From assembly GCA_965603825.1 (NCBI GenBank), contig CBFDEM010000034.1, positions 124,001 to 188,000 on the forward strand: a stretch of DNA of 64,000 nucleotides. Reading direction: 5' to 3'. A program made the position numbers and the translations under genes. The notes under the pieces are model-generated. The model was given only the letters and a program-made list of their open reading frames with translations, did no database searches and had not been told where the DNA came from. The DNA is from Blepharisma stoltei ATCC 30299 (taxonomy: Eukaryota; Protista; Ciliophora). Positions 21,806 to 36,100 of the stretch are shown here, piece after piece (position 1 is the stretch's first letter; each line of letters opens with the position of its first letter).

Positions 21806-23245
21806 ATGTCAAATCTCGATAGAAGGCCTCGAGGAAGATTCCGTGGACCTAGGGGTGGGCGTGGAAAAATGAATTCAGAGCGCTTTGAGTCTACTAGAGC
21901 TGAAGATACTGTCCAAGGCGAAGAAGAAGGAGAGGCGGGTGGATATAGAAGGCCCTTCACAAAAAATACAGCTGAAAACCAGCACGAGCATAACCCTGAA
22001 GGGAGCAGATATAACAATAGAAGAGGACGCTTCAGAGGTAACAGAAGAAGAGGCGATTTCAGGCATTATGATCAAGGTGGTCAAAGGCATTATGAAGAGG
22101 GAAAAAATGATGAGAATAATCAGAGAGAAGCCAGAAATCAGTATGAAGAAAAGAAACCAGACCACAGAAATGAAGGAAGACAACCTAGGGAATCTGATGA
22201 CACCTATCAACAAAGAAGCTATAGAGGAGGCAATAGGAATGAGCCATATCAAGAAAGAAGCCAGAGAGGAGGTCAAAGGAATGAACATCGTGAGCCATAT
22301 CAAGAAAGAAGTTATAGAGGAGGCCAAAGGAATGAACGCCGTGAGCCATATCAAGAAAGAAGTTATAGAGGAGGCCAAAGGAATGATCCATATCAAGAAA
22401 GAATCCAAAGAGGAGGCGAAAGGAATGAACACCATGAGTCATATACAGAAAGAAGCTATCGAGGAGGTGAAAGGAGTGAGCCATACACGGAAAGAAGCCA
22501 TCAAGGAGGCGAAAGAAATGAGCATTATGAGCCATATCAACAAAGAAGATATAGAGGAGGTCGAAGCAGAAGATTTAACAGAGGTCGCCCATATACATCT
22601 CCAGATCGCTTAAAGGCCAAAGATACTGTAGAAGAAACTCCAGCTGCCCCTAAAGAACAAGAAAGGTCGTCTAGTGCAAGACCTCGAGGAGATTATCAAA
22701 ATAATCAACGCAGAGGCAGATATAACAACAGAAGAAGAGGATATCGAGGAGGCCGCTTTAATCGAGATAGCAGACAGCCTGAAGTCCATGAAGAAAAACC
22801 CCAGCAAAAAGTCGAAACTTCCCACCCACAGCCTCATTACAAGCCAAAGCACGAGCCAGAAGCCAAAAAAGCAGCCCCTAGCTTTACTTCAATAAACTCA
22901 CTAGAGCCTGAACTCAGAGGTTTCAACGTCAAATGCAAAGCCATCGGCGATCCTTATAAAATCCAATTTTCTTTCAGAGGCAAATCAATTTCAGCATGGG
23001 AAGTTATAGTCGGTGACGAATCTGGATGCATAAAGTTGCAGCTTCCTAACGAAGAAATCGCCAAAGCAATCAGGCTTAACACTTCAATCTACGCAAGAAA
23101 CGGCATCATAATTATGAGAGATCAGAAATTCATGGTTTTATTAGTTAATCATTGGGGGAAGGTTGAAGTTTCAACTGCTGATTTTGAATTCCAACCAAAC
23201 AAGTCCAACAATATCTCTGATGTCGAGTATGAAATTGCGACTTAA
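21806..23245 (+). CDS. RGG/Tyr-rich disordered protein with C-terminal OB-fold (ssDNA/RNA-binding)
   Basis: Many RG/RGG motifs; C-terminal INSLEP..FNV.., VIVGDESGCIKL, RNG, WGKVE, NNISDVEYE. Confidence 0.85.
   Translation: MSNLDRRPRGRFRGPRGGRGKMNSERFESTRAEDTVQGEEEGEAGGYRRPFTKNTAENQHEHNPEGSRYNNRRGRFRGNRRRGDFRHYDQGGQRHYEEGKNDENNQREARNQYEEKKPDHRNEGRQPRESDDTYQQRSYRGGNRNEPYQERSQRGGQRNEHREPYQERSYRGGQRNERREPYQERSYRGGQRNDPYQERIQRGGERNEHHESYTERSYRGGERSEPYTERSHQGGERNEHYEPYQQRRYRGGRSRRFNRGRPYTSPDRLKAKDTVEETPAAPKEQERSSSARPRGDYQNNQRRGRYNNRRRGYRGGRFNRDSRQPEVHEEKPQQKVETSHPQPHYKPKHEPEAKKAAPSFTSINSLEPELRGFNVKCKAIGDPYKIQFSFRGKSISAWEVIVGDESGCIKLQLPNEEIAKAIRLNTSIYARNGIIIMRDQKFMVLLVNHWGKVEVSTADFEFQPNKSNNISDVEYEIAT
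22205..22565 (+). repeat. Coding minisatellite, about 8 units of 42 or 51 bp encoding (E)PYQERSYRGGQRNE
   Basis: GAGCCATATCAAGAAAGAAG..ATAGAGGAGGCCAAAGGAATGA recurs with variation. Confidence 0.9.
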
Positions 23246-23263
23246 AATAAGCAGAGTTAGTTA

Positions 23264-23992
23264 TTATAAAATTGTAAATGGGTCAAGTGAGGTCAAATAT
23301 GTATAAATTTTTATTGATAACGCTTTACCGATCGGCAAACTTCCAGCTGTCAAACTCATAAGCAAGGTTTCTCGCTTAGAAGCTTCTGCAATTTCATAGG
23401 CTTCAAGGAGAGATGTGAGGGATGGGTATTTTGATATTATTGCTTGGGCTTTAGCTAAGGACATCTGAGGAATCGCGGTAAGGAATTTTACTCAAGTTTC
23501 ATGAGGATGGAACCGCTCAGGCTGTTTTTGGATCATTTGTAAGTCATCTGAAGTTTTGGAGTTTACTAGAACTGAAGAAGCTTGAATTATATATTGACTG
23601 ATTTCATTCAGATTTTCCATTTCGAGTAAATCAAAGCCAAAATTAAAGATTCATTTGGCGATCAAAGGCTGAAGCTGAGGCTGAATGTTTTCTTTTCAAT
23701 TCTGCTTCTCTCGGGCTGAATATTGATAAATAAATGAGATTTTTGAGTTGTCTAATGAAGATTTTAGATCGGAAAAACCTTCTTCTATTCTGGAGCTGGA
23801 TAGGAATCTTTGGTATGAAGAAGGAGAAATGATAATTCAAACTAGGTTGTTGAAGCTAGTTGTTTCTCGGACTCATAAAATTAGAGTGGGGAATGGGTAC
23901 ATTCGATCGGTGATTTCAGTTGTGATTCCTTCTTCTGGGATATAGTTCATGATTTCACTTAGAGATGGGTCTACGTATAAAATCTGCTTCAT
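23264..23992 (-). CDS. EME1/Mms4-like (MUS81 partner); 5 TGA=Trp
   Basis: Single 243-codon frame with TGA at 23873, 23837, 23696, 23651 and 23492; C-terminal W..FL.AIPQMS..KAQAI..YPSL..L.EAY..IG.ALS.KIY HhH region. Confidence 0.72.
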
Positions 23993-24175
23993 ATCTATAT
24001 AGATCCCCCTTTTTTGATAATAATTTGTGGGGAAAACTCAGATTTTAGTAAATAAATCAAAAATATTTAGGAAGATATCAAGTCTAGTTAAAAAGATTTA
24101 TTTGATATTTATTTAAATTTTCAATAACTAATATATAAAATTAAGATTTAGGTTATACTCTTAAAAATACTAAAT

Positions 24176-27097
24176 ATGCAGAGACCAATTAGCTCATTTT
24201 TCACCCCTACAAATAGATCAAAGCCTCAAGAAAAAAGCCAAACCAGTGAACAAGATCTAAGCCTAAAGAGAAAGCACCCATCCTATTCTTCTGAAAACTC
24301 AGAAAATATCGAAGGCAGTCTTGCAAAGCTTGAATTTAAGTCGAATTCCAAGCCAAAACCAACTCCGATGTCCCCGCCTTCTCCATCCAGCAATGATGAT
24401 GAGTATGAAATGCCTGAATTTTGCAGGCCTGAGAAAATCCAAGACAAATCACGCAGGAGACCTGAAGATCCTGAATATGATCCCTCCAGTCTCTTTATCC
24501 CGCCAAATCAAAAATTTACACCAGCAATGGAGCAGTACTGGGAAATAAAATCCCAGCATTATGATAAAATTGTCCTATTCAAATTAGGTAAATTTTATGA
24601 GCTTTTCTACCAAGACGCAATCATTGCTCAGCAAATCCTTGAATTGAAATGAATGGGGAATGACCGCAAAAAGGCGCATGTAGGGTTCCCAGAAAAAGTC
24701 CTAGAAAAAAATGCAAAAATACTTGTGGAACGAGGACACAAAGTAGTTGTGGTTGAGCAGACCGAAACAACGTTAAAAAATAGAAAGCCAAAAACTGGAA
24801 AAGCAGTAGGAAGAGAAGTGACTGACATTTTAACGAAAGCTACTTATACAGCAAAATTTAACTGTGAAAATTATGAGCCAACTTATTTATTATCTTTAAT
24901 TGAAGTTGATAACAGGTTTGGAGTTTGCTTTGTGGACTGCTCAACTTCTGTATTCGTAGTAGGAGATGTCGATTTTCAAACCTTCAAAACAATTCTAGCT
25001 CAATCTCGGCCTTCGGAAGTTATTTATCATCCTCAATTCATTTTGCCATCTACAATTAGACTGCTTAAAAGCTCTCATATGCCTCCTCAGCTAAGCAAGT
25101 TGAGGTCCAATGAGAGGTGAAATCACTACAATTTAAATAATTTTTTCCCAGCAGGTCTTCCAGAAGTATTCAGAGATCTGCCAGAAAATACAGCACTCAA
25201 AGCTCTTGTAGGATGCTGCTCTTATTTAAATGAAGTTTTCCTGAGTGAAAAGATCCTTCCAAATGCAAATTATTTTAAATATGAAGACTCTGTGCTGCTA
25301 AGAGCTTCTTTAGTTTTGGACAGCCAAGCTTTACAACACTTGCAAATAATAGAAGCAAATAATGGAGTTAAAATTTCGAAAGAAGGGAGTCTTTATGAGT
25401 TTATGGATAAATGCTCGACTTCTTGGGGTAAAAGAAAGCTGAAATCATGGCTAATTAGTCCGCTGTTGGATGTTAATGCCATTAACGAAAGGTTAGATGC
25501 TGTTGAAGAGCTTTCTAAAGCTCCTCAATTTATTGAAAAATTCGATAAAGCAGTTAAAAAATACCCAGACATGGAAAGGCTTTTGAGTAAGATTTCAACA
25601 TACAGCATCAAAACAAATTCAAAAGCAGTCTATTTTGAAGATGTTTCCGCTCAGAAAATCAAAGAATTCAACGGCCTGCTTACCCATTTAAGTGATATCC
25701 ACGATTTAATGATCCAACTGGACATGCTAGATTTAGAATCCTCAAGAATCCAAAAATTAACGAAATTCCACCCAGAAGGATTATTCCCAGAAATTAAAAG
25801 TTTATGCAAAGAATACGAAAATGCATTTTTCTGGCTTACTCCAGACCAGCCAGAGCCAGCACCAGGCAAAGATGAGACATTTGAAAGGCTGAAATTAGAG
25901 GTCGAGCTAGTTAAAGATCAATTATCAGAAATTTTGAGTCAAGAAAAAGCTAGATTTAATAACCATTCTGAAGTAACCTTTGTTGACAGCAAATTCAGGT
26001 ATGAGCTGGAAATTCCTTTGCATTTGGTTAAAGATGAAAAGCCAGATGAGTATGAAGAAACCAGTGCAAGACAAGGATATCAGAGATATTATACAAAAAC
26101 GATAAAAAGATTAGTTGATCAGTTAGAAATTTTAGAAGAACAAATGAGATGGGCTTTAGGGCCTTATTTAGCATCAGTACTTAAACATTTTTATGATGAA
26201 AAAGATAGGTGGGCTCGAGCAATCAGTATAGTTGCAGAAATAGATTGCTTGTGCTCGTTTGCTAAGTTAGCTAGCAAATCGCTTGTGCAGCTGTCAAGGC
26301 CAGAGTTTGTGATAGGAGATCAATCTTATTTAGAAATAAAAGGCCTTGTCCATCCCATTTTAGCAACAAAAAATCCATTATTTGTCCCAAATGATGTTTT
26401 ATTTACTTCAGAAAACCCATGCTATGTTTTAACTGGACCTAATATGGGGGGAAAATCCACAGTTCTAAGACAAGCAGGAATTGCAGTTATAATGGCTCAA
26501 ATTGGTAGTTTTGTCCCCTGCGAGTATATGAAATTTTACCCTGTCGATTACATTTTTACTCGTTTAGGTGCTGCTGATTCACTTATTGAAGGAAAAAGCA
26601 CATATTTTATGGAGATCGAAGAAGCATCAAAAGTCCTTTATCATGGGACACCTAGTTCTTTAGTAATTATGGATGAGCTGGGAAGAGGAACTTCTACTAG
26701 TGATGGAGCTTCTATAGCTTTAGGATTCCTAAAATACGTTACCAGCATGATAAAGCCAAGAACCCTTTTTACCACTCATTACCATATGATAATTTCTGAC
26801 ATAGCTGAGCTTCCTGGCGTAGTCTTAGTCTTCATGGATTCTTTTATCAATGAAGTTACTCAAAATGTGACATTTTTATATAAACTGAAACAAGGAATTT
26901 GCCCAAAAAGCTATGGACTGAATGTTGCAAGAAGTGCTGGAATTTTCGGTCAGAAAATGGTTGTCGCACAGCTAAAAGCCAACGAAATTGAAAAGAATTT
27001 CAAACAGATCAAGATTATTGGAGAAATCAAGAAATTGAAGAGGCAAGGGCTAAGTCCTGACGATATACTTGAAAAACTAAAGCAATTAAATTTATAA
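24176..27097 (+). CDS. MSH6: DNA mismatch repair protein MSH6; 2 TGA=Trp
   Basis: PIP box QRPISSFF, YDPSSLFIP, QYWEIKS, FKLGKFYELF, TGPNMGGKST, DELGRGTST; TGA 24650 and 25118 in frame. Confidence 0.95.
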
Positions 27098-27151
27098 TTA
27101 ATTTCTTATAGAGTCATAATTTGCATAAGTTTTATTGAAAAAAGAAAATAA

Positions 27152-30100
27152 ATGTCCGAAGAATTAAGAAAAACACTTGCAAGCAGGCTTAGACCTGGGG
27201 ATAGATTTACAAATAAAGGCTTATCACGAAATAGCAGCAGCAGTACTCTTACCGTTTCTAAGCCAAAGCAAACTTTAATGCCAAGACTTCAATCTCTTAA
27301 TCAGTCGACTACCAATATAAAAAAGCCAAAGACCCTAGAGCCTATTTCTCCTTTCTTTAAAAGCACAGTTTTTTCTCCTGCGATGACGGTTATGACAAAG
27401 TCAGGATCCATGATATTTGGAGAAGACACCAAAAAACTACCGAAACTGCCAGATGAGCCAAAATTCGAGCCAATTTTTTCATCAACTAAAGGCTTCAAAG
27501 CTAAAAACCTGCCTCCACTTAAAGCTCAGCCAAAGAGGAAGCATATTCATGGAGAATCCAGGTCACTAATTGAAGACGAAATGCTAAATACAAGCATTCC
27601 TCAAAACCCTACACCTTATGATTTTATTCAAGTCATTAAATCAGACCCAGAACTAATGGAAGACTTCTGGTACTGCAACCGCAAAGGCGGCTCCTATGAT
27701 TTTGAGCTGGTCCCATTTAAGAAAAAGAACCCTAATGAATACTTAACAATCAGCTCACGAGGTGTCACTCATTTTATCAGTGGGGAAGCTTATTTTTTAT
27801 CTTTAGAAGAATGGGAAAGAGAATACAAGCTATATCAGAGACTTAAAGAAATCAGATTTTTCAAGCAGTACAAAAAATGGAAGAATTTCTCACTATGAAA
27901 AAACTTGCGAAGGAGAAATATGATGACTGAAAGGTCGCAGTTTTTGGAGCATGAGCTATTTATTCTTGATAATAAGCTGAGAGATCCATTGCTGAATGTA
28001 AGACACCAGAGCTGGAAAATTTTAAGGTTTGATTTATTGGATTTGAATTTTGATAATGTGAGGACTATTGAACAGTTTAATGCGGCACAAGACACGAAAA
28101 GAATTGCTGTAGGAGATGAGCTTGAAGACTTGGAGACAAATATCAAAAATTTAGTATCAATTTCTTGCAAGGAATCATTGGAAGCTTTTAGGAGAGAAAA
28201 TAAGACAACTGTTAATGATGAAGAAGGCAGAAAAGGAGTCAATGAAGATGCAGACCCGTTTTTAGTAGGCGATATTTCTAATAAACAAATGCCATATACT
28301 CAAGAAGCGATTATCAGAACCCATTATAAAAGACTTGCAAAATTTATAAGACTTTGTGACTATCAAATTATTGATGCAAAAATGAGTTTATCAATCCAGT
28401 CAGCACAAAAGGTGTTGAAAGTGATCACTTTTGACTATGATCAAAAAGATAAAAAACCTAACATGCAGCGAAGACAGCAGAGCCCATTATTAGTCATCAA
28501 CGCAGACTTCGAACTAAGAAACATCTTCTATGAGCCTGACAATGAAGCTGTAAAAGTGGCAATCGACGATGCTATATTAAGAGGACTTACCATGCTTTTA
28601 AATAACTATATGCTAGTCAGTGTCCCTGAGTTTGAAAGATACACAAAAGCATTAGAAGAATTTGAAGAAAAACCAGTCGATGAAGACTTTGATTTATTGC
28701 AAATGATAGTTAATGATGATATTATAAAGCGAATTGGCATTGAAATCAAGGATGGCATCGACCGCTCCTTTAGAGCTCTGATTAAGTTCTCTTTGCACTT
28801 AATCCCTAACCTTGATATTTATATGCAAAATTATGAAATGAATGTAGAAAGATATAGAGATGCAGAAATTGAAGAAATTAAGAAGGCAATTGACGAATAT
28901 TTACGACAAATGCAAGAATTTAAAACAATGAAAGAAGAAGAAGATGTGGGGATTTTTCAACTGCATGTCCAAAATATCAAGAGAAAATTGATACCATCCC
29001 CAAACCAGTGCATGGAAAAAATAGAAGGGCTCCTCCCAGAAATCGCATTAGATTCAGCAATGAAGCTGACAAAAGTCCTAGGGGAATATAACAATAACAT
29101 TAAAGGGGTCCCAAAAACCGTTGAAGAGTATATTTACATTCTTAAGCATATGAAAGAAATAGAGAATAATTTGCAGGATATCACTAACCGCACTAATGAT
29201 TTAAAAGATTTAATGCAGCTTATGGAAACTTACAGTATCAAATTTACAGACCTTAATAAAAGAAAATACAATGAGACTTTAACTTCTCTAGATGCTTTGA
29301 GAACCAAAATGCAAGCATTTTATGAGCGTGGAGAAAATGATAAAACAAAATTCACAAGAATGCTGAGGGATAGTGCTCATTCAGTTGATAAAAGAAATAA
29401 TGATATAAAAGAACTGCTTAAAGATGAAATGTTCGCGAATAAAGATGCAAATAAAGACACTGTCATTGAAATTTTGACAGAACTTGGTGAAAAAGTTACA
29501 AAATTGGTGCAGGATACCAAAGATTTTAGGAATTATTATTTGGAGCTCGAAATGGAGCCGAAGGAATACCCAGAAGTGGAAGATACCTTTAAAGATTGGA
29601 AAAATAAGAATGAAATGTGGAGAGCTCTTGATGAATGGGAGAAGAAAATTATTATATGAAGCTCCACACCATTTAATAAGATTGATGTTGAACAAATCAC
29701 AAGAGAAGTTGATGGGTACAATAAAATCGCTAAAAGGTGTAAATCATTGGAAGACCAAGGAAATTATGTCCCACAAGTTCTTAAGTCGTATGTAGATGTA
29801 CTGAAAGATACCATGCCAATTGTAAGCGATTTAAGGTTTAAAGGACTTGAAGAGAGGCATTGGGAGCAGATAAGAAAAGTCATTGGAATCGACATTGATA
29901 TAAGGGATGAGTCATTTACATTGAAGAAGCTTTTAGATATCAAAGTAAATAATGTGAAAGAAGAAATTTCAGAAATTGCTTTAAGAGCGAGAAAAGAAGA
30001 AGAGATACAAAACCAACTAAGCGAAATCGTGTCAGGGTGGGATAATATTGAGTTTCATGTTGAAAAAGTTGATGAAAGCTATATCTTTAAAGAAGTTGAT

Positions 30101-33100
30101 GATATTATGGTGAAGTTGGAAGACTCTCAAGCTGGGCTCTCTACATTGATTTCAAATAGATTTATCGGCCCCATGTTTGAGAAGGTCGACTACTGGAATA
30201 AAATTTTCAAAATTTTTGCAGCAACTCTTGATGAATGACTTCTCTGCCAAAAGCAATGGGGAGAACTAGATAAAATTTTCAAAAGTGGCGATATTGCAAA
30301 AAAGTTAAACAAAAGCTACAAAGTTTTCCAAACAGTCGATACTTTTTTCAAAGAAAGAATGAAAAAGGTATGAGATTCCCCTAACGCTTTAAAAGCCGCC
30401 ACAGAAGAGGGGCTGCTCAAAAATTTCCAAGACACAAATAAAAACCTTGAAAAGCTTCAAAAGAAAATAGAAGAGCATCTTGATAAACAAAGGGTCAATT
30501 TCCCCAGATTTTTCTTCCTCTCAAACGACGAGCTTCTCATAATTCTTTCAAATTCTCAAAATGTCCGTGAAATTCAGACTCATTTAAAAAATATGTTTGA
30601 AAACATTTATGAGCTCGAATTTGAAGAAGAAAAAACTGAATCATTTACAGGCTTGATTTCTGCTGAACGAGAAACATTGACTTTACATTCAAAAATCAAG
30701 TCTAAAGGAAATCCTGATGAGTGGCTTAAGGTTCTTGAAATGCAAATGAATGAGTCCTTAAGAAGATATATAAGAGAAGCTATTAAAAAATATGGCGATC
30801 TTTCTAGGAAAGAATTTATTTTAAGCCCAGATCTGGTAAGCCAAGTTATATTATGCACTGCAATGATTATGTGAACTTGGTCAACTGAAGAGAATTTGTC
30901 AGGGAAAAGTGATGTAAATGAGTCTTTAACTGATTGGCATGACGTGATTAATGGGTATTTAGAAGAACTTACTAATCTTGTTAGAGAAGAATTAACGCTG
31001 GCTATGAGGAGAAGAATTGTAGCACTTGTTACTCAAGATGTGCATAATAGAGACACTGTAGAAATGCTAAAAGATGAAGAAGTCACCTCAGCTGGAGATT
31101 TTAGATGGCAAAAACATTTACGCTATTATTGGGCTGATTTTGAAGAAAAATTCAAGATTTCGCAGCTTAATGCAGACCTGGAATATGGGTTTGAATTTAT
31201 GGGAGCTACAACTAGACTTGTGATCACCCCGCTTACTGATAGATGCTGGATGACAATTACGGGAGCTATGAAAATCAATCTAGGCGCTGCTCCTGCAGGC
31301 CCAGCAGGTACAGGAAAAACTGAGTCAGTGAAAGACCTTGCTAAAGCTATGGGGAAATATTGCATTGTTTTTAACTGTTCTGAACAAATTACTTACCAAA
31401 TGATGGAAAAACTGTTTATGGGACTTTGCTACACAGGCTCATGGAGCTGCTTAGATGAATTTAATAGAATTGATATCGAAGTTCTTTCAGTTATTGCACA
31501 ACAACTTCGAGTAATAAAGCAGTCAAAAGATGACAATAAACAAGAATTTTTCTTTGAAGATAAAAAAGTGGCCTTGAAAGCTGAAACTGGCGTATTTATC
31601 ACTATGAACCCAAATTATGCTGGAAGAACTGAGTTGCCTGACAACTTAAAAGTCCTTTTCAGACCTGTCTCTATGATGGTTCCTGATTATACTTTAATTG
31701 CTGAAATTATGTTATATGCTGAAGGTTTCAAAAATGCTAAGCATTTATCAGGAAAAATGACAAAATTATACAAGCTTGCTTCTGAGCAACTTTCACAGCA
31801 AGATCACTATGATTTTGGTATGAGAGCTGTAAAAAGTGTTTTAAATATGGCTGGAGCTTTGAAGAGAAAAGAGCCACACCTTACAGAAGACATAATTTTA
31901 ATCAGAGCTATGAAAGACTCAAATGTTCCGAAGTTCTTAAAAGAAGATCTGGTGCTTTTCAACGCAATTGTGCAAGATCTATTTCCTGAAGCAGAGATCC
32001 CAAGCGCGGATTGTGGAGATTTAGAACTAGCCATTAGAGAATGCATTGGAAAAGATCATTTACAGCCTATTGACACTTTTGTAAATAAAGTGATCCAGTT
32101 ATTTGAAACTTTTGAGGTCAGATTTGGAGTCATGATTGTTGGTCCCGCCACAGCAGGAAAAACAACTTGTTATAAAATTTTAGCTCATGCTTTATCTTTA
32201 TTGCGGAGCAAAAACTCACGCAATCAGAGCTATCAAAAAGTGCAATTTCAAGTCCTCAATCCTAAAGCAATTTCCATGGGTGAGCTATATGGGGAGTACA
32301 ATGAAATTACACTAGATTGGAAAGATGGCTTGGCAAGCTCAATTATGAGAGAATTTAGTAAAAAAGAAGAGCTCACAAGGAGATGGGTTGTTTTTGATGG
32401 GCCAGTTGACTCATTGTGGATTGAAAATATGAACACTGTGCTTGATGACAATATGATGCTGTGTTTGGCAAACCAAGAAAGAATTAAATTAAAGCCAGAA
32501 ATGAGAATGCTATTTGAAGTAGCTGATCTTGCGTCTGCATCTCCTGCTACTGTTTCTCGCTGTGGAATGGTGTATATGAACATTGAAGCTGTCGGCTGAA
32601 AAGCTCTTATTCAAACCTGGATAGCTAAAGAATTAGCTGAATGACAGCCTGAACAAAGAGACCACTTAATTGTTCTAATTAATACTTATATGGGAAAAGC
32701 TTTATCTATTATGCAAAGACTTACAGAACCAATCCCTACTATGACTAATTCACTGATAGCTTCATTTTGCAAGCTGCTGAACGCTGTTGCTCAATTTGAT
32801 AGAAATCCAAGATTCAACGATAATATTGAGCAATTTAAAAAATATTTAGACAAAATATTTGTGTTCTGCTTAACTTGGTCAATTGGAGGAGCATTAGACA
32901 CTAATGGTATGATAAAGTTTGACTCAGCAATTTCTTCTGAGCTTAATGTAGACTTACCAAAAGGCTCATTATATGACTCTTGTGTAGTCTCAACAAAGGT
33001 AGCTGGAGATTATAAGTCATGGGACAATATGAAGACTGATTTTGTATATAACCCTGAAGCTAGCTATTTTCAACTGTTGGTTCCTACAAAAGATACAATA

Positions 33101-36100
33101 CGCTTTGAGCACCTTTTGAAATATAATATAAGCATTCAGCATCCAGTGTTTATTACTGGATATACAGGAGTTGGGAAATCGGTAATTATAACGAATACTT
33201 TGATTAGTATGAAAGAGACTGACAATTTGTACCCGATTTTCATTACTTTTTCAGCTCAAACTTCATCTTTGTATACACAAAATTCTATCGTAAATAAACT
33301 AGATGCGAAAAGAAAAGACTTGCTTGGAGGCCCAGGGACCAAAAAAGTAGCATTATTGATTGATGACGTAAATATGCCAGCTGTCGAAAAATTTGGGGCT
33401 CAGCCACCGATTGAGCTTTTGCGGCAATTTTGTGATCAAGGTTTCATTTACGACCGTGAGAAAAAGTTTGCATTGAGAATTATCGATACAACGCTTATTT
33501 GCTGTGCGGCACCACCTGAAGGTGGAAGAAGCAAGCTAACACAGAGGTTTACTCGACATTTTCATATGTTATGCATTCCTCATACAAGTGAAGAAAATAT
33601 GATCACCATTTTCAAAACCATTTGTGATGGCTTTTTTAGCAGAGGCTGGAAAACTGAAGTCATTGCTTCAGTTCCGCAAATTGTCTCAGCGACTATTCAC
33701 ATTTATCAACAAATCAGTGCGGAGTTATTGCCAACCCCAGCTAAATCACACTATTTATTTAATCTTCGAGACGTTTCTAAAGTATTTCAAGGACTACTTA
33801 TGGGAAAACCAAGGACTTTAAATAATCCTGATATGCTGATCAATCTTTGGATTCACGAAACTATGAGAGTTTTCCATGACAGGCTTATAAATAAACAAGA
33901 TAAGAGGTGATTTACTGAAATGGTCACTAAAATGCTTGGCCAACATTTTCGTCTTTCAGCCACTCATGACCAAATGTTCGAAGAAAAAACAATCATGTTT
34001 GCTGACTTTCTGAGAGGAGACCTAGCAATGGAAGACAGGGAATATGAAATGGTGACAAGCTCAAGCACGCTTAATAGGAGGATTGGAGAGTTCCTTGACG
34101 AATACAATTCAATCGGGACTCATGAGATGAAATTGGTATTTTTTAACGACGCAATTGAACATTTGTCAAGACTCTGCAGAATCTTGAGACAGCAAAGAGG
34201 AAACGCAATGCTTATTGGAGTTGGCGGATGTGGAAAGCAATCACTCACAAAGTTAGCATCTTTTATGTGCCACTGTGAATTTTTCCAAATTCAAGTAACA
34301 AAAGATTATAAGTTGTCTTCATTTAGGGATGACTTGAAAAAGCTGTTTATCGCTGCCGGAGGAGTAGTACCAAAGCCTTCAGTCTTTTTGTTGACTGATA
34401 CCCAAATCATTAGTGAGTCTTTTCTTGAAGACATCAATAATATTTTAAACTCAGGAGAAGTCCCAAATCTTTTCACAAAAGAAGAACTTGACCCTATTGA
34501 ACAGGACTTAAGGACAGTTGCAGAGAGAGAAAAGGTATTTGAAAATATCTATAACTTTTTTATACAAAGGGTAAGAGAAAACCTCCATATTGTTCTGTGT
34601 ATGAGTCCTGTAGGAGACTCTTTAAGAGTTCGCATGAGAATGTTCCCGTCCTTAGTAAACTGCTGCACCATTGACTGGGTCGACCCATGGCCAAATGATG
34701 CCCTTTTAAGCGTGTCTGAAAGCAAATTACAAGACTTGACTCTTGATTTCTTGCCCAAAGAAGAATCAATAAATCTCAAAAAGGCTTTAGCAAAGCTATG
34801 TGTAGAAGTCCATCAAAGTGTTATAGAAATGGCTGATGAATTTTATCAAATTTTAAACAGAAAAGTGTATATCACCCCAAAAAGCTATATTGATTTAATA
34901 GCTGGGTATTTCAAGCTACTAGAAGAAAAACAAAATGAACTAAGCTCAGCTCGGCAGAGATATAGAAACGGTGTAGATCAGCTAATTAAAACAAATATAG
35001 ATGTGCAAGAAATGCAAAAAACGCTTGTAAACTTAGCGCCGGTATTAGAACAAAATAAAACTGAATGTGAGGAGCTTGGGAAAAAACTTGAAATCGATAC
35101 TGTACAAGCAAATAAAGTGAGAGAAATTGTGGAGGACGAAGAAAAAGAAGTAAATATGAAAACACAAGAAATTAAAGTGCTACAAGAAGATGCAGAAGCT
35201 GATTTAAACCAGGCTATGCCTATATTAGAAGAAGCTATAAGAGCTCTAGGGAATATCAACTCAAAAGATATAGCAGAAATCAGGACTTTTGCCAGCCCTC
35301 CCAAGCTAGTTGTATTTACCTTAGAAACCATTGCAATACTGCTAGAAGCCCCTACATCTTTAGAATCCATTAGAAAAATCCTCCAAAATAACTTTTTAGA
35401 CACCCTAATGAAATTCCCTAAAGACAGCATAAAGCCAGTCACGCTAAAAAAACTGAAAAATAAGATTGCAAGCCTGCCTGATTTTACCCCTGAAAAAGTT
35501 GGAGGTCAAAATGTAGCTTCAAAGTCCTTATGTGAATGGGTCTACGCAATAGTAAATTACGCCCAAGTGTCTAAAGAAGTAGAGCCTAAAAGGAAACGTC
35601 TTGAAGAGCTAAATAAAACTTTAGCTGACGCAATTGCAAACTTAACTGATACTCAGAATAGGTTAAAAGTTGAGCAAGATAAAGTCGCTGAATTAGAAGC
35701 CAAATTTAAAGCAGTTTTAGATCAGCAAATTAAGCTTGACAATGAAATTCAGACCACAAATTTAAGACTTTCAAGAGCTTCTGTGCTTACAGAAGGGCTT
35801 AAAGATGAGCACCAAAGATGGAAAGTTTCTGTTGACAGGTTGACAGAAAAATTGAGAAATATTTTAGGTGACATTTATTTATCAGCTGCTTGTATTAATT
35901 ACTATGGGCCATTTTCAGGGCTATATAGAAATAAGCTTGTCAGTTTTTGGATGAGCAAATGTGCAGAGCTTGGGATCCCATTTAGCAGTAATTTCGATCT
36001 GCAAGAGGTAATGGGTGATCCATTGGTAATTAGAGAATGGAATATTGCCACTCTTCCTACAGACTCAGTAAGTGTTTGCAATGCTATTTTAGTCACAAGG

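Noticed and set aside
22205-22565. CRISPR-like array
   Set aside because: Degenerate in-frame coding repeats without unique spacers, eukaryotic context, no cas genes
21875-22613. Overlapping 242-aa (+) and 186-aa (-) ORFs as real genes
   Set aside because: By-products of a purine-rich coding repeat; only the RGG frame continues into the OB fold
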